Shown here: piece after piece, positions 61,523-64,000 of the stretch
Layout: every line of letters starts with the position of its first letter
Numbering within the stretch: the first letter of the stretch is position 1
Source of the DNA: Convolutriloba macropyga
Lineage: Eukaryota
Assembly: GCF_964194025.1 (NCBI RefSeq)
Contig: NC_134470.1
Location: 52,452,001-52,516,000 of the forward strand
Direction: 5' to 3'
DNA: 64,000 nt
Made by a program: the position numbers and the translations under genes
Notes under the pieces: generated by a model
Databases searched by the model: none
What the model was told of the DNA's origin: nothing
The model's input: the letters and a program-made list of their open reading frames with translations, nothing else

Positions 61523-62374
61523 TCAATTTTGATTACGCGACAGTTTCAAAACATTTTCTTCTTCGCTCGTTAAAATCAGGTCCTTTACTTTTTGACCCTT
61601 AAAGTATAGCTGTTGGTTTTTAATACAAATGTCTAGTTTCGAAGCTCCACAGGCTATTAGGGCACGCCTTTTGAGTAGCATTGATTTCTCGACTTGAATT
61701 TCTTCTTGCTTCAGAGCTCTTGACAGGAAGACAGGAAAGTCATAATCGACCAGCTTCCGTCATTTTGCGAGAAGCTTTCTCACTTCCCACGGACTGCTTA
61801 CAGTTACCAGCATGGTTCTTGGCTGCTTCCGATTTGGATTCTGCTTCCCTAACCTCCTGATGTTCTGCACATTTGTTTGTTCACCAAGGAAATGAATTAA
61901 ATTATCAACTTGATTGTGCTCCGCGTTGAGCAGTTCTTCAATTGAATTGACTTTGGCTTCAGGAATACCATTGATGCGAATTTGGTTTAAAATGACCTGA
62001 TCTGGCGCACTCCTGGTAAAGCTCCGTTTTTCGAGCGCACATGGATTCTCTGTATAAACTTCCTTAACGCCTTCAGATACAAATTTTTTCAGTTGCTCAT
62101 TCATTTTGGAGCAATTAGCTAAGTTTTCCTTGACTACCTCATTTACGGTTTCCTTAAAGTCATCAATGTTTGGCAGTTCGTTGACTAGCTTACGTGTGGT
62201 TTTGTGTTGGGCTAATAAATCGCGGAAGAGAGAAATGACCCAATCTTTTTGCATTTTATGTAGATGTTTACTGACAGTGCTCACATCTTCTTCAATCAAT
62301 TCATCAATCGTCGGATAATAGTCCTTCGATTGTGATTCGAGTCTTTTTCTCGCAGCGTGGTCTACGTTTGACAT
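61523..62374 (-). CDS. LINE ORF1 (coiled coil plus RRM-like), with an in-frame TGA at 61762-61760
   Basis: Helical N-terminus, IRINGIPE...IRRLGK....PRTMLV motif. After the TGA the frame continues VFLSRAL...KRRAL...IKNQQLYFKG to the TGA at 61525-61523. Confidence 0.82.
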
Positions 62375-62550
62375 ATTGATTTTCCTTACAAGAAAGCACG
62401 TGAGTATTCCGGTTAACTACAGGGATTTCTCAACAATTGTTGCAAGCTTGTTGAACGTTATCTCTTGATATGAATTAGAACGATGGAGCTAAATCTATTT
62501 TATGCGAGAAAACACTCGGAAGGCGGGTAAAGGAAGTTGTTTTTCGCCAG

Positions 62551-62662
62551 CACCTACGAGACAACAAAGTATCTACTTTAGGCGCGGTGAAAAACAAACA
62601 AAATAAAAACTGTAAACTTTCCTCAGACACCTACGAGACAACAAAGTATCTACCCTAGGCGC
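62551..62662 (-). repeat. Pair of 35-bp direct repeats upstream of ORF1
   Basis: CACCTACGAGACAACAAAGTATCTAC(TT/CC)TAGGCGC at 62551-62585 and 62628-62662. Confidence 0.9.
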
Positions 62663-62697
62663 TTCAGAAGGAAACAGTTTTTTTAATAAAACTAACG

Positions 62698-63318
62698 TTA
62701 TTCGCTCTCGTCGAGTTTCTCTTTACTCAGTTTTTGTCGCCTTCTCTGTCTGCTGCCCTTCTTATTCTTCTTCGATCTCTTTCGCTGAATGAGCTTCCGT
62801 AAGTTGTCACGGTGTTCGTGCACTATATTGAACAGATGCGACTCCAAGTCCACTTGTGGATGTACTTGTTTGAGCTGGTGAAGAATAAGCTTATTGTTCT
62901 TCTTCCTATAAGAGAGGAGATTTCTTGCGTCAATAGTTAGAATCTTTGTGTTTTTCAGGAGATGAAACAAATTTGGTGCTCCCTCTCTTTGTAGGTAAAT
63001 AAAGGCAGCAATTTTATCTTTGAACTGCTCAATCAAGTTGATCAACTGGCTAGAACTGCAGGCCGTATTGTTGTTGCTTTTATGCTTACTGACAGAATTG
63101 CTAATCACGTCGTGCCAGAGAATAATGTCTCGCTTAAAACCAATTGATCCTCGTCTAAATAAATAATTCAAATCTTTCAGCTTGTTTGTTGTGGCTGGGT
63201 TAATGCTAAGTCCTCGAGCAGCAAACGCAGATTTACGATCGCTAAGAACTTGTCGCAAAGAGAAGGTTGAATGCTTTCGAATATTGTCCAGGCAACTTGC
63301 ACCAATATAGAATACCAT
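62698..63318 (-). CDS. SGNH-hydrolase/esterase-like protein with basic C-terminal tail (probable extra LINE ORF)
   Basis: 206-aa intact ORF from ATG 63318. YIGAS, RGLS, ILWHDVISNS and QVHP fall in SGNH block I/II/III/V order; K/R-rich C-terminus. Confidence 0.55.
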   Translation of the reverse strand: MVFYIGASCLDNIRKHSTFSLRQVLSDRKSAFAARGLSINPATTNKLKDLNYLFRRGSIGFKRDIILWHDVISNSVSKHKSNNNTACSSSQLINLIEQFKDKIAAFIYLQREGAPNLFHLLKNTKILTIDARNLLSYRKKNNKLILHQLKQVHPQVDLESHLFNIVHEHRDNLRKLIQRKRSKKNKKGSRQRRRQKLSKEKLDESE

Positions 63319-64000
63319 ATCAGTACCGGTCTCTAAAAACCGTTCAAGAGAACGGACAACCAAGATACCCGGATTTTCATAGTAAGCTGAAACTATTTAA
63401 TAAGTTTATCTGAGCAAATTTTGGGAAAATATGAGATTTTACGAATGCCAGACAATGCTATTCGAAGTTCGTTCAACAAGTCAGAAAATAGGTGCAACCT
63501 ATACAACTGTTATTTTTGTTTTGGCTGCTACTAGTGGCCGTTTCTGTCTTGAGACCACAAAGCCGGAAGGAAAATAATTTTGCTCTAGATTTTTGGTGCA
63601 AATAGGCAACTAATTGGCCTGTGAAACTTGACATTCGAACCACGCTTATGGAATCGGATGAAAAGCACGAATCGGGGCGAAGATTCTTGACACTCTATGA
63701 GAATTAGATCTTAACCCAGTGCAATAATATAAAAGACGTTGTTTACTGACGCTGGGGAGCAGCAACCTTTCGAGTGCGAAATTGTCTCTTGCGTTTATTT
63801 TGATTCATATTTACTGAAGCTCTTTGACTGATAATTTGAATGTGATAAATTTTGGAAATCGTTAAAGCACTATTTGTAATGAAATTTTTTTTTCTGCTGA
63901 AACTTTCATAAAATAAAACTGTTGAAATATTTCTGCTGATAAGGTTACGCAAATCAAAATTTCTCATGCTGTGGATAAATTATTTCAGTGCCTTCTCACC

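Larger units (their letters stand above)
58507..63318 (-). mobile_element. CR1/L2-group non-LTR retrotransposon, near full length (5' boundary not determined)
   Basis: APE+RT ORF2 with C-terminal CxCxxC, upstream ORF1, short 3' UTR and (TAA)n tail. Inclusion of the SGNH-like ORF is inferred from adjacency and orientation. Confidence 0.88.

Overview
AT-rich, repeat-dense eukaryotic (animal-like) genomic DNA with four N gaps; the organism cannot be identified from the sequence. (1) A decayed, internally deleted Polinton/Maverick at 14691-27455. It is bounded by 117-bp terminal inverted repeats and a TTGTTC 6-bp target-site duplication. It carries remnants of protein-primed PolB (with an EndoVII/HNH-type module), integrase, adenain-type protease, two A32-like ATPases, a penton C-terminus, a PTAP/LYPDL membrane protein and zinc-finger ORFs, but no recognisable major capsid gene. 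Each TIR is itself a fold-back hairpin, and GC-GAA-GC mini-hairpins with covarying stems are scattered inside the element. (2) An intronless SUMO gene and a tRNA-Ile(AAT). (3) A six-exon Raptor gene on the minus strand (57152 to 34898, about 1468 aa) whose large introns are full of repeats. (4) A CR1/L2-group LINE on the minus strand. Its ATG-less ORF2 is in frame with ORF1 across a TGA-CTA readthrough-type stop, and an SGNH-esterase-like ORF lies upstream. The rest is MITEs, Helentron-like elements and tandem duplications. All alignments and counts were made by eye.
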